Counted from the first letter of the whole stretch, positions 27,521 through 41,584 are shown. The stretch: 63,496 nt of DNA, filler included, from Intoshia linei (GCA_001642005.1; 6 parts of 6 records of this genome joined end to end with filler, not necessarily neighbours in it); one strand, 5' to 3'. Notes: a model not told the origin generated them from the sequence alone. Program-made: numbers and translations.

Positions 27521-28032
27521 TTTTAGTGTAACCATAAAACTGTCATACGCAACATTATCTGCTCCTGGACTATTAAATTTTCAAAAAAAATACTACATTT
27601 CATAACCTAGTAGGGACCCGGTCCTCTACTGTATATTGTTTACTATAAAAGTTGACTTTATTCTGTCAACATAGTAACATCACATATGATTCAAATGCAT
27701 TGTTGAAATATTGAAACATTGGCAGAAATAAATTTCATACAAAACTATAGTAATAACTACATCAACACAATTTGACACAGCAACACTAATAAAAGATTTG
27801 AAATGTATTTTATTATGAACGATAAAATATTGCTTTTACATTGAAATTTTTTTTGCAATAGAATCAATGTGAGTCAATTTTGAATTGATATTAATAAAAA
27901 ACTGTACTGTAACATAAATATGTGTCAATTTTTTTAAATTGCAGTTATGTTTTAAAATTAAAACATTTATTTGAAAAATCTAAATTTATATTTAGAATCA
28001 ATGAAAATTAAATGAAATAATTTATATAAAAT

Positions 28033-31000
28033 ATGACAAAAAAATATTCAAATGACAGTCTTAATCGGAAATTAGCAAGTGAATATAAACAAGTATTTCA
28101 GGAAGGTTCATCGATGAGGGACCGACCAAAATCGACAGTTCAAGCTATGCATACAGCCTCAGAAAAAAAGATTAAATCTTTCTCATTAAAACGACCTATT
28201 GTTGGTGATTATGAATCGTTAGAATCGTCAATTGAAGATGAACCTTCAGTTCAGTCAAAAAAAATGAAACATAAATTTAATTCTTCTGATGATGGCATGA
28301 TTGAATCAGATGATTCTTATCGACGTAAAAGGCACAGGAGGAATAAAGAACACGTACAACATTACAGAATACATCGTAAACATAATCATCATCAGAAATC
28401 TCCTGAACCGCGATCAATGTCAAAAAGACACATGCACGTACCCTGTGAAAGGTATAAGTCGAACAAGTATCAACATCGAAAATTTAAAAAATATAACCAT
28501 AACAATTCACGTAAAATTTGCCACTATTCTCCAGATTCGGACGAAATGGTGAGATCAATTTCCTCAAAAGTTAGTAAAAATATGCGGTCCATGTCCAAGG
28601 AAGATTTTTCTTCTCAGTCTGATAATCAGCTTAGTGGAAATTCTAGTGTCTATAATGTATATAGAAGAAATTCCAAAAGTCCATCTCAGGAATCTATCAG
28701 AAATTGTCGCTCCAAAAGAAATAGAAGACGCGAACGATATGAACGGCACGAAAGAGCGTCTAAATCTAGGTTTATTTACACTTTTTTTACATTCTAATTT
28801 TATTATACATATAGATTAAAAACGAAAAAGAAATCAGATTCTCATGTTACCATGCACTCTACCACGTTAGGATCTTTTATTAAACGTGAAGAAAGTGCGG
28901 AAGTCGATTTGAAAAATGAACCTCCACCGTTACCTAATGACAGTCCACCTTTACCAAATGAACCACCCTTAGACTCTAAATATGTACAAAACAAACCACC
29001 GCCAAATGTTTCTGATAATAATTTTTTACCTCCACCCCCGCCTTTCAATGTAACCATTAATTCTGTTAGTAATACTTTTATTTCTGCCACGAATAAACAG
29101 TCAAAGCATTCACGAAAATATTCTCCGTCAGTTGCACTTTCCAATAAGAGCAATATTTATTCTTTGCCTCTACCGCCTGGGTCAGAGTTACAAGACGTAC
29201 GACATAAGGATGCTACTCATGCTCCAATTGAAAGTCAAATTAAAAAGGCTAGCTCATCTGAAAGAAAAAAAAGGTTGGTTGTTCTTTTTATCAAAAATCC
29301 CTTTGAATCAATAATTTTAAAACTTAAAAATAATTTATGAAATATTTCTGAAAAATCACAAATCATCATCTGACAAAAATTCCCACTTTGGGAACGACTA
29401 GCGTAAATATTTTTAATGTAAACAATGTGAGAAAATACCTTCCTGATTGGTTTGAGCAATGATAATTAACTCGATTTAGAAAACAATTAGCTATGCGTAA
29501 AATGAACCCTGTTGTTAACGTAGATTGGGGAGATCGAAGTATCGATGCTTTTGTTATAACTGAACAGATTGGAGAAGGAACATATGGTCAAGTATACAAA
29601 GCAACAGATTTGCAGACTGGTAATTTAAATTCTAAAAATAATTTATGAAACCCCTTAATATATAATTTATGAAATAGTAGCCAGAAAAATACATACTATC
29701 ACTTATAGTTTATATGGAATAAATTTTAAGCCGAAAGTTTTTATTCATCACCATAGATAAGTAGTTTTAGCTTTACATTTAACACCAAATAAACTAAAAG
29801 TGAAAAATGCGATTTATTTAACATTATCCAAGATTAAAGTCATTTTTGAGACTGTAAAGGTGTACATTCAAGTATTATTATTTTTAAAACTGGATCCACT
29901 CATCAAATGATATTTTTCACCATAACATTTTATCTTAGAAATTTTTTCAAAGGAACTACATTACAAGATCAATGACACTGTTTTGAGATATAGGCAAGCA
30001 TATTGGTCTTAAAATAAAATTCGGTTTTTTCGAATAAAATTTAATCGGGTAACTTGGTTTATGGTTAGTCTATCGTACGCAATCAATTATGAATTCAACC
30101 CTTGCGTGGCTGTCATCATTTTTTTAAATACACTGTTATATCGTGATTTTCTATTTGTTTTTTTATTTACAAATTCACTTAATGATTTGATCATAAAATG
30201 TACGCATGTTAAGTGACGATGTAAGCCAGTTGTAGAAGAATTTTTATAATTAATCATTGTATACCCCAAATGGAGCATTTTGCCTTTTCGTTTTCTCTTT
30301 TAAAATAGTACTATAAATTTCGTACAACATAGCGGTTATCTTAAAGAGAAAAAAATCTTATGTCAAATTAATAAATTAAATCATACAACTGAATTGAATT
30401 ACCGTAAAATTTAATTTTTTTTTGTTTATTGTAATAACTGAAATTTTTTTGTTTTTATATGCTAAAATTTATTATATGCGACAATTAAAAATTATTGTTC
30501 TTTGAAGATTTTATGTTTACATAAATTACCAACTACATTTTTGAAAATTTAAAAATTGCGTAGCAATGAAAAAACTTCTGAACGAATGAATTATATAGAT
30601 TTTCACCCATATTTTTTTATTGGAAATGTGTAGACGTTCACTGCACATTTTTTTTGGAAATTGTAGGATCAATATTTACATTTTCAAATTTTGATTATAA
30701 TCGAAATATTTGAAAAATATTGGTTGATAATATATTAAAAATTATTTTTCACCCGGGAATGCGTATATTTCTGGGGTCGAAATTTTGTATTTATATCAAC
30801 TGGAATAAGCTCTATCAGAATAATATTTTTTTTAAAGGTTAAACTTTTGTATTTATATCAACTGGAATAAGCTCTATCAGAATAATTTTTTTTTTTAAAT
30901 TTTCGGACCTATTTTTTCACATTTTTTGTTTTAATAAAATATTTCAAAAAAAATATGAATACTAAAATGCTTTTTTGACCGGGAAGTTGTCACTTATTTG

Positions 31001-34000
31001 GATTGAAATTTTATGTGTAGTTTGACAGGATACAACTGTACCACCCGTAAATTTTTTCAAATTCTAGGGCTGTGTTCATTAAAAAAAAGGGTCATTTGGG
31101 GTTTTGAACCTGAAGATATAATATTTTTAAATTTAAATTTATGATAATGTTTATGATTTTAAAATCCGTATCAGCGTATATATTTGTTTAAATTCTCCAA
31201 CTTGTTTGATTTTTAAAAAGAGGGACAATTGGGGTTTTTAACCCGTAAGATGTGAGTTTGGGAGGTTAAAATTTATCTTATTATACGTCCCGGAAAAAAC
31301 TGTAATTGAAATGTCGACTTTATAAAATTATAAGATTCTAAGGTAGTTATTTAAATAAAGCGTAATACACACACAAACAAAAATCGCGTGGCATATTATA
31401 TAAGTTAGGATTAAACAGAATTTGACATTAATTGAACTTTATTTTCGAAACTTCATTCAAGTTCAAAAAATATAGCTGTCAACTAATTTTAAAAAAAAAA
31501 TATTCTGGCATCTTAGGTTAAGAACCCGTAGTCTAGGTACTAAATTTGTGCTAATAAGTCAAAAATATATTAATTAATTAATATTTTTAGGTGAAATACG
31601 TGCTTTAAAGAAAATTCGACTTGAAAATGAAAAAGAAGGATTTCCAATTACTGCGGTACTATTTTGTATTTTCTTTTATAATTAAGAACAGAAGAAACCT
31701 TAGAGATTGTGTCGCAAAATTTAATGAGCGTCAGCTCTATTTGTAGTTTATTATTTATATTTAATTTTAAATTTTAAAGGTCCTAAAGCTGGCTTCATGG
31801 GCCACTTTGCAATCTTTGATTTATTTTGTTGGGTTATTTTTCAAAGTTGAAAATTTGGCAGGGTTTTACTTGTTACACTTCAAAATATGGTCATTTCCCC
31901 ACCCATGTTATTATTTACATTATTGAGTTATTTAGATTAGAGAAATTAGAATTCTTAAAAAACTAAACCATGAAAATATAGTTCAATTGTCGGAAATGAT
32001 TACAGATAAATCTACTGCAGAAGAATTTATTTATGATAAAGGTATTTGAATAATGATCAGTCCTAGAGTTTTGCAACACGATCCAAACTTTTTGTTCGGA
32101 CAAAAATTTTTCGTTTCGTTTGTACATATCATCAACATGATCCGATGCAGAACTCTACAGTGCGCACATAAGTATTAGGCACCCTACACATTCTCATTAA
32201 AAATCACTATAAAGTTAATAAGGCCAATATTGAACTTGAAATTAAATATCCTAGACTAATTAAAGAATGATCTTACCAATATATAATAATTCTGATGTCA
32301 TAAACTACCTATAAAAAGATACATTTTAATACGGTTTTGTTATGCGATATTAAAAATATTGACGACATTAATCTTGGGCATTTTGATAATTTCAATTAAA
32401 CTTAATTAAATATGCATAAAAACGAAAAAGGTAATGAATTACTAATGATATATAAATTAAAAATAACTATTTATTTAGTAAATAGTTTAGTAAATGACGC
32501 GAATAAGTGACAAAAAAAGATATGATGCCGTATTTTAATGCAAGGAAGAAAAAAGTCAGGGTTTTATAAGTAAAACCTTTAGTAATTCTCGATGATCGTG
32601 TCAAAATATTATTACAAAATACAAAAAGGGTTTGTGCATAGCTTACTTGCTAAGATCAGATCGAAAACGCATGATGACAGCCAGACAAGAGACTATTATA
32701 ATAAAGAAATCAAAGAAAAACCCTTGATTGACCGTATTAAAGGTTAAAATACACTCCAGCATTACAAAAAAGCTTAGTTTAAAGACGGTGCAACGTGTGT
32801 TATATAGATTTGGATTATATGGAAGAATTGCAAGTCGAAAACCGTTTTAAAAGCTGTAAGTAAAAAGTGGCATGGACGAATCAAGGAAAAATATAAGCTT
32901 CACTGATGAAAGTTGATTTGAATTATTTACAAAAGGATACTATTTAATGCTCCGACTAATTTTATAGTTTCAGCGTCTAATTTAATTAATTTAACATTAT
33001 TTAATAAGTAATTTGGTCGTCTAATTTAATGCTTAAGCGTGTAATATAATTATTGTACCATCTAACTTATTATTCGAAACGTTTGAATTAAGTTATAAAT
33101 TTCTGTGGATCACAACAAATCAACATTTCCCATCCTTTTTTTTAGCCGTTTTTAGTTTTTAATTATGGTATAGCATTTTTAAGTAAATTTTATACAACAT
33201 GGTCAGTTTTTCGAAATTCTTATAATGCAAATTCAAAATTGTATGTGACAGACCCGACATTACTAAAAACTGGACAGATGCGTTTCAATGGGGTCAAAAA
33301 CAAAATAAATTAAAACAGTTTTAAAAATTTTTTTAATATGAGAAAATTTTTAAATTCTGTTTGGAAAATATCGATAGATTGTGAAAATTGGAAATTTTCG
33401 AAGTGTACGTGTCCCTTTTTGGGTAAAAATTAAATGTGTAAACATTCTATCGGTATAGCAATACCATAAAGAATTGATGGGTGTATTGTACTTCGAGAGT
33501 CGAAAGCTCTCCCATTGAATGTCAAAAGAAAAAGGGGACGACTAGCTTAGGCTAATCAAGCTTTGCAGAGGCAGTGTTAAATTAACGGTTAATTCACAAT
33601 AAATTAAAAGTTTATTTTATAAAAAATAACGTTATGTTTAAATAAAATAAATGCTACTTTTATTAATTTAGACGCTAACATAACTATAGACGCTGTAACT
33701 ATTAAATTATATGTTACGATAATAACTCTTTACAAAAGGTATACGTTCGAAGACGTAAAAAACAAAATTCTTATTAACGTACATAAGAAGTATTAGAAAT
33801 ACCCAGTAAAATATGATTTGGGTGGTATTAGGGCAAATGGAAAAAGAGTATTAATAAAGTGTATAGGAGGAATAAATGGTCAAGAATACTAGAGAATTTT
33901 TAGAAAAGCAAACGAATAACATTTTTGGATGGATTGAAGAAACATCAAGATTGTGAACCGTATCAAACAGGAAAGACAACCCGTATATTTATAAAGGGTA

Positions 34001-36099
34001 ATCATATAAAAAAATTAAAAGATTGACCGGTACAAAGCCCAGATTTAAACATTATTGAAGACGTGAAAAATTTGAAAGATACGGTTTATAAACTACATCC
34101 AGTCAACTTAGAATAACTATTGAGATATATACACGACGAATGGGACCGCGTAACTCTAAAAACTATTTAAGGGTTGTATGCCTTATTGTCCATAAGAATT
34201 GTATCAGTGATTAAAAATAAATGATGGAATACAAAATATTAGTAATTTTATATATATTTATGTAATATTTTCATTTAATTAACATAATTAATTGTATTAT
34301 TTTATAGGTGCCTAAGACTTATGTCGCTCAGAATTTTGCAATTTTCATTAAAAATATCTATATTTCATTAATTATTAAATCATTTTTATAGTTTTTACTT
34401 TTTAGGGTTGTTAAATATTTGTTCTTGATTATATACTAGATATGATATAAGAAAATTTCTTAAATCATGAACCAGGAGTGTTTAAATTAATTACAATTGG
34501 AGTGCCTAAGATTTATGTAGTATGCACTGAGTATAATTTTTTCATATTTAAAAATGGGATATGGGTACATGTTTACTATATCTATATTTTTAAATAGGTT
34601 CATTTTATCTTGTTTTTGAATATATGGACCACGATTTGCTTGGGTTATTAGAATCAGGAATGGTGAATTTCAACGACATGCAAATTGCCTCTATAATGAA
34701 ACAAATATTGGTTGGTTTGGATTATTGCCATAAATTCAACTACCTTCATCGCGATTTAAAATGTTCAAACATTTTGTTGAACAACAAGTACTATTATATA
34801 TTTTATAAAATAAAAAAATGTTTTTAGTGGTACGGTCAAATTAGCTGATTTTGGTCTAGCTAGACTTTATGATTCGGACCACAAACGTAGATATACTAAC
34901 AAAGTTATAACCTTGTGGTACAGGCCTCCAGAATTATTATTTGGCCAAGAGTATTATAATAAAGCTATTGATATTTGGAGTTGTGGGTATGTTTTAAAAA
35001 TTTATCTAAAAGAGTCAGTAATTAAGTAATCTGCTTTTAGTTGTATATTGGGTGAACTTTACTCAAAAAGGCCAATTTTTCAAGCAAATATTGAAATTCA
35101 ACAATTGGAGTTAATTTGCAAACTGTGTGGAACTCCCACTCCGGCAGATTGGACTGGAATGGAACAATTGCCGGGATTCATAACAGTTTGTCCCAAAATA
35201 ATGTACAAACGCAAATTACGCGAAAAATTTGCATAGTAATTTAATGTGTTAAAAATTGTTTAAATTATATTAGCATACCTACCGATGCACTGGATGCTAT
35301 GGATAAAATGTTATCAATGGACCCTTCTAGGCGTGGCACCACGGAGGACATTTTAAAATTTCCTGTTTTCAAAAACATAATAGCAACGAATCAAATTAAA
35401 TTAAAGTATTTTTTATATTTAAGAATTTAATTTTTATTTATTTATAGTTTACCTGTCAAAGAAAATTGTCGAGAATTATGGAGTAAAATGAGAAAAAAGG
35501 GAGACGCTAAACCAAAAATACAAATAAAGGAAAAACCTATTTTGAATACTAATTTACAGAAAATTTCACCTATGGGAGAGTTGGGTGCAGCTTTGAAAAA
35601 TATGAGCCAATCTAAATTACACTCTACTGATGCTTTGGTTGATACTACACTTTCAGAGCAGCAACAACAAGAAGCTATTCAGTACCTGTTTAAATCTGCT
35701 ACAAATATGGACAACCTGGACATTAAATCCCTTGCTCGTGTATTAAACATCACTTATACTCCGTCATCAGAAAACGCAATACGTAAATCTATTGAACCAA
35801 TATTAAACAAATTGTCAAAATCAAAAGTTAATGATTTAAATACACCTAAAAGTCAATGTACTCGATCTACTCCTGATAATAAAAGTGCTAATTCTAGCAG
35901 TAAAACGATTGTTATTGATTATCAAAACCAAAATTCTAAATCAGAATCCCAAGATTATTCATTCAATTACTTACCTCCAGAAAGTGAAACATATTCTCAA
36001 CCCTATAAAAGCTTATCACCATTAATATCTATTCGTAAAACGAGACGTTCAGATTCACATAAAGATAACCCCTCAGACAATTTTAGAAATATTTGGTAA
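28033..36099 (+). CDS. CDK12: cyclin-dependent kinase 12/13 (RS-rich and Pro-rich N-terminus, kinase domain), 10 exons
   Basis: RS/His-rich exon 28033-28769; Pro-rich exon 28815-29273; [22 protein letters not shown] (~29480-29619); [18 protein letters not shown]|IREIRIL (31591, 31936); [26 protein letters not shown]|[32 protein letters not shown]; stop 36099. CDK12 versus CDK13 not distinguishable. Confidence 0.95.
29696..29803. mobile_element. ~110-bp palindromic MITE (copy 1)
   Basis: CTATCACTTATAGTTTATATGG..CCAAATAAACTAAAAGTGA; near-identical copy at 49990-50099. Confidence 0.75.
29815..30320 (-). mobile_element. hAT (Ac/hobo-like) transposase remnant in a CDK12 intron
   Basis: BED-finger remnant [25 protein letters not shown] and catalytic-region remnant [18 protein letters not shown], interrupted by stops and frameshifts. 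Confidence 0.7.
30540..31410 (-). repeat. long copy of the modular dispersed repeat in a CDK12 intron
   Basis: Reverse complement of 62849-63496 and 40750-41220; ends TTATATAAGTTAGGA; internal ~62-bp tandem duplication at 30783-30895. Confidence 0.85.
32158..34529 (+). mobile_element. degenerate Tc1-family transposon in a CDK12 intron
   Basis: TA|CAGTGCGCACATAAGTATTAGGCAC left TIR; GTGCCTAAGATTTATGTAGTATGCACTG right TIR; transposase remnants [35 protein letters not shown]. Confidence 0.88.
32937..33728. mobile_element. nested non-autonomous insertion (MULE-like) inside the Tc1 transposase
   Basis: 11-bp direct repeat TTTACAAAAGG at 32926-32936 and 33729-33739; 23-bp subterminal inverted repeat TAATTTTATAGTTTCAGCGTCTA / TAGACGCTGTAACTATTAAATTA. 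Confidence 0.65.
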
Positions 36100-36459
36100 A
36101 ATGTTTGAGGTGTATTTAATTTACATTACATTTATTAATAAAAAATATCACAATATTTTTCTTTCAGTTCATTTATCTACGTTAGTATTAATATTATCAT
36201 AACACACAATGTCAGATTTTTACATGTTTAGATGAATAATTATAGTTAACACATTGAAACATTTGAGTAAATTTAGTTCATGGCTGACATTGAAACTGTT
36301 TCAAAGTTTGTTCTTTGGGTCGTGTTGATGAAATTTTTCAAAGTTGGGATTTTACTCGACATAGTGTATAGTTCGAGCTGTTGTTTTGTATGGCGAGTAT
36401 GATCAAAATTGACATACAGATCATATTCATTGAAAATTTCAATTTGAAATGGTAAACTT

Positions 36460-36466
36460 AAAAAAA
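36460..36466 (-). terminator. Pol III oligo-T terminator of tRNA-Pro
   Basis: T7 run directly 3' of the tRNA on the minus strand. Confidence 0.8.
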
Positions 36467-36537
36467 GGGCTGATCCGAGGATTGAACTCGGGTCGCCTGC
36501 ACCCTAAGCAGACATGATACCACTACACCAATCAGCC
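36467..36537 (-). tRNA. tRNA-Pro(AGG)
   Basis: Reverse complement GGCTGATTGGTGTAGTGGTATCATGTCTGCTTAGGGTGCAGGCGACCCGAGTTCAATCCTCGGATCAGCCC; 7-bp acceptor stem, anticodon loop TTAGGGT, GTTCAATCC T-loop. Confidence 0.95.
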
Positions 36538-36928
36538 GCTATATTTTTAGGTTTTAAGTTTATATATAATTCAATCATCAACACACCCCGAATTAATTTT
36601 TAGTAGGAGTCATAATTTGTTTTCTGTTAAGTTTAGTATATGTCATAATACAATATTTTTGTTAACTATAGTAATTAATGTAAAATCACTAAGGATAGAT
36701 TTACACAGTTGCCCCAGAGAATTAGTCGTAGTCTAAAAGCAATTAATTCATGAATAGAGTAGATTCAAAGGTAATAATGACATCGTAACATTTTCAAGTT
36801 CTATAAAATCAAAATTTTCGCAACCGATGTCTAAGACAGCCAAATAAATATATAAAAAAAATTTAATTAAAAAGTGGAGATTATTATTAATAACATCATT
36901 TAATTTTTAAATTATAATCTACAAATTC

Positions 36929-39658
36929 TTATTTCTTGTAATTTGTATTGACACAAAAATTGGAAATAATATTCTCAATAACCATTAATTCGCACTTATA
37001 TTTCGTAATCTTTTTTTGTAAATTTTTCCATTTTTGACAAGACGTTGACGAGCCGACATTTAATCGTTCTTCCAAATTAATGTTTTGATTTTTCATTTCA
37101 ATAAGATCAATCTCCATTAAATCCAAATGATTTAGAATCTTATCCATATTTTCTTGGTTTAATTCAATTATCACATCTTTAAACACGTTTTGATTAACTA
37201 TATTTTCCAAAGAATTCAATTCATTTACGTTACCATTTTTGGGGTGCAGCTACGTAAATTATAACAATACAAAAATTTAACTTACAATATGGAGTCTCAA
37301 ATTTTATTAATTTAATTGGTTATTTTGAGTTTGACCGTGAAGGTGCCAAAATGCTAATTTAAAATTTATTCCATCTTCTGAGCCGGAAAAAACTGACTTG
37401 GAATTTTTGTTTTAAATTTCTGGGGTTGTCAGTTTTCGGAATAAATCGTTACAGACATACACATATTTTTAGTTAGTTTTATTTTAAATCAGTAAAAATT
37501 TTTTATAATCACACCAAACAAATAACCTGTATCTGTTTAATATCCCATTGGTCTAACAAGCGATTAAAATAAAGAACGTTAGATTCCGATTTGAGGGCTT
37601 CAGGTTTTCTATGTTGTCTCTTTTTTACTGACTTTTTCTAAGTTATTATAATGAAATAATTTCATATATCACCTACTATGGACTGATTTCTAGAAAATTC
37701 ACATCCATGTCCGTTATAAGAGTTTTCTGTGTGTCCAATAAATTGCTAAAATAGAAAATAAATTAAAATTTTAGATAAACAAACAAAATCATTATTAATG
37801 TAGTTATAATAATATTCGATAGAACGTATCAAAATAAAATGGAGGGTTTTACATTATTTTGAAATATTACCAATTCGACAATATCATCATATTTTATCCA
37901 ATTAATCATCTTTTTTCTAATATAAATATGAATTGTTTAAAAATTTTAATTTACTTAATATGGTAAATTCCTTCAGCAGATATTAAATGGACTCGCCTAA
38001 ATCATTTTTAAATTTATACATCAATAAGTATTCAAAATTTCCTCCATTTCGAAATCTCAAAATTCTCGAACGCATTTATATTAAATTTTGTATTAATCTT
38101 CTGACCAGGTTTCTAAAATATGGGTGTCTATGTTACAATTTTTTTGTGTTTTTTTGAAACTAACTACTATTATTTGTGTCTACGTGTAAAAATTTCAAAA
38201 CTAAAAATTAACCTGATATTGATAATGTGACCGCTCAGGTTGTTTATGATTAATAAAACATTTTAATTTGCAATTTAATTTTTGCATAATTTAGAACAGT
38301 ATGGCCAGGCAAATGGCTCCCAGCCCTCTCCATTAACATGTTACATTTTAAAATAATGAGCTAACCTGTCATGTCAATACGTTTACATTTTTTTCACGCG
38401 TAAACATATTCAACAAAAATAAAATACCTTAGATGCCATTCTACGTTACCCTTGTACGAAAACATTCGACGACAACAGTTAAAAGGGCAAAATAATACAT
38501 ATCTCTTAATATGATATCTAAATTTAACATTTAATTAACAATTTGTTTATAGTGTGGGTTTTTAACATGATTCAAGTTTTCTCCCTAACTTATTAAAATT
38601 AAATTTAACTATTCGTTCCTATTTACCATTTAATACAGTGTTAATAAAATAAAAAATTTAATAAATAATTTATTTTTAATACAAGTATAATATAACAATC
38701 TCGACTCAGTGACTATATTATTATGAAATAAACTTTATTTATTATTAAAATCATTATACATACATTATTATTCATTGTATATGTATTACGTAATTTACGT
38801 TGATGAGAACGGGTGTTTATCATAAACATAAACTTTATATCAAATCTCAATAGTGTAACCATAGATAGGTTGGCAATAAATGTTATTATTTCTACATTTT
38901 TACCATTATTTGACTCGGTACAATTGAAGAGTTAATATCAGGGTTAAAATTTTTTAAATTAAATAATTCGAATTAACATTGTATTATGTAACGCATACTA
39001 TGAATTGTAAAATTATATTATTACATAATATGATTATGGAATTCTTGTCGACGTGGAAATGTTGTACGACTTATACAATTATCCCATAAACACTTGTTCC
39101 CTGCTCCTTGAACATGAACTTGTATATGTTGTTTAAATGAAATGAAATCATAAGTATCCGTACCACATTTATCATAATGACAAACAAAATCAATATACTG
39201 ACTAAAATGAAATTGTATTTATTAAATTAATTTTTAATATATTTAATAAATAATGATATCAAAATGTTGATTACGTATCATTATCGACTGTTTTGAATTC
39301 AACGCCCGAAATGGTAACATCATCCCATTCTGTCTTACGAGGTAGTGACTCATTAATTCTAAATGTGAAATGAATTGATCTAGTCACTCTCTTGGTATAC
39401 GACAATGATTATTCTATTAAAGCTGATATTTATTTTTTATTAAAGGAATTTTGGTATACAAAACTGTTTAGAAGCAGTTTAGAAATCGATTCAGCAATAG
39501 CGAATTCCGTTAATAAAGATTTAGTCGGTACCAAAATAAATATTGTTATTGTATTACTTATTCATATTGTCATACTTTTTTTGATACATTTTTTTACGAA
39601 AGTTTCTCATTTTTTTAGCTTGTTTACTAACAATACCGATGATTTTTCTTTTAGTCAT
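36929..39658 (-). CDS. three-C2H2 zinc-finger protein with C-terminal coiled coil, 9 exons, 346 aa
   Basis: Exons 39658-39558, 39358-39275, 39201-39025, 38517-38428, 37996-37955, 37916-37871, 37745-37677, 37637-37527, 37249-36929 are all GT-AG and phase-compatible (1041 nt); fingers CHYDKC..FKQHIQVH, CLWDNC..FHNHII|YH, CPFNCC..VEWHLR|RVH. Confidence 0.85.
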
Positions 39659-39939
39659 TTTAAATTAATTTATAATCTAATTTTTTTAATAATATTAATT
39701 AAATGGATATATATTAATTTTACCTTAAGACAATTATGATAATACAATAGTACAATGTAATATTTATAAATTTAATTTTCGTTTCTGTGATACCAAGTAG
39801 TCAATGAGAACTTTTCTATGGAAAATTTTGAATTTGAACTTTGTTACGGTTTTAAATAGAATATATTTTCTATAGTAATCTACAATGTAGATTCTACATT
39901 TCAATTTTATAAACTTTATCCCTGGAAAATATAATGATT

Positions 39940-40290
39940 AGGGGTGTGACAAAATTTTAAAAATTAAGATATTAAGATTCTCGATATGGTCACGTTCGAT
40001 TACTTAAATATTTTTAGCAATCATAGATTCGTAGTTTTTTCTTTACATTTAGTAGCGTTGATGAAGATTTATTATATTTAAGTTAACAATCTAAATTATA
40101 TATGATATATTAGAGATATTAAAGGTTTACTTGAAGATTGTTTTGTTATTTTTAAGTTGAAAGAATTAATAGAATGAATAATAAAGATAAACAGTATTAA
40201 CTTTTTATACTTGTTAATACGTTACTCATTTAACTCCAATTAAATTAAAATTGAACTAATCGAACGTGACTATATCGAGATATCACTGTA
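39940..40290. mobile_element. decayed MITE with an internal inverted repeat
   Basis: TCTCGATATGGTCACGTTCGATT (~39979-40001) is inverted at ~40258-40280; the element starts TAGGGGTGTG. Confidence 0.5.
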
Positions 40291-40749
40291 TCGGAAAAAG
40301 TTGAGTAATTAATCAAAAATGACAATACAAGTTGAAATATAATACAATAAAGTTTTATTGTATTGAATGCTACTATGGTATGTGTTACCTATGATTTGTG
40401 TGTTGTTGAGTTCACATTCATAATAATGATGTTATCATAACTAGTAATTATATTATATTTAATATTTATAATTACATTTCATAATAGGTTATGAAAATAT
40501 TAACCGGTTAATTTAATTCAAAATTACAAAAAATAAATAATTATAAAATAAATTAACACAAGATTTTTCTAATATATATGTAATACCAATCATAACATCA
40601 TACACGTTCTGATATTTTCACATACAATTTCTTGTATTTTGCTTCTTACATTTACATTGAGGTTGTATTATTATTTTACATTATGAAAAGAAAGTCTATT
40701 GTTTGATAATATTTCTATAAATAAATCAACGGTGAATCCACATGTACTA

Positions 40750-41220
40750 AGTGTTCCAAAAAAATGAAATGTGGTGATGGTTCTACCTCATCTTTATCAT
40801 ACTATTTAAAGGTTGTACCATTTCAATCCGAATAAGTAACGACTTCACGGTCAAAAAAGCATTTTAGTATTTATATATTTTTTTCAAAATATTTTATTTA
40901 AACAAAAAATGTGAAATAATTAACGGTCCGAAAATTTAAAAAAAAATTATTCTGATAGAGCTTATTTCAGTTGATATAAATACAAAATTTCAATTCCAGA
41001 AATGTATGCATTCCCGGTGAAAAATAATTTTTCAATATATTATCAACTAATATTTTTCAAATATTTCGATTAAAATCAAAAATTGAATTTGTCAATATGT
41101 ATCCTATTGTATCAATGAACGTCTACACATTTCCAATAAAAAAATATGGGTAAAAATCTATATAATTCATTTGTTCAGAAGTTTTTTCATTGCTACGCAA
41201 TTTTTAAATTTCAAATTTTC
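40750..41220 (+). repeat. internal/3' part of the modular dispersed repeat
   Basis: Matches 63245-63496 and the reverse complement of 30540-31010; reverse copy also at 46500-47150. Confidence 0.85.
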
Positions 41221-41584
41221 ATTTTGAAAACATTTTTATTAAAACATTCAAATTTAAATAAAAAACTGAACAACGAAACTAAAAAAACTTTGTTAATATC
41301 ATTTTTATATTACAATCCTTTGAATAATGGTAAAATTCGACTAAAATGTTTATAAATTGAAGATTCAGTTAATTATTGATACACAATTAATATTTTTAAG
41401 TATTTATTAAATTGGTACTGAATATATCATTTACATTGAAAATGACAAAATAGGTTTTTATAATTTTATTTTTTCTGGAATTTANNNNNNNNNNNNNNNN
41501 NNNNNNNNNNNNNNNNNNNNNNNNNNNNTTAATTAATTAANNNNNNNNNNNNNNNNNNNNNNNNNNNNNNNNNNNNNNNNNNNN

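Noticed and set aside
28301-29459. Several overlapping alternative-frame and antisense ORFs
   Set aside because: Shadows of CDK12 coding exons
39392-39739. 115-aa plus-strand hydrophobic ORF
   Set aside because: Antisense to exon 1 of the zinc-finger gene; composition typical of AT-rich noise
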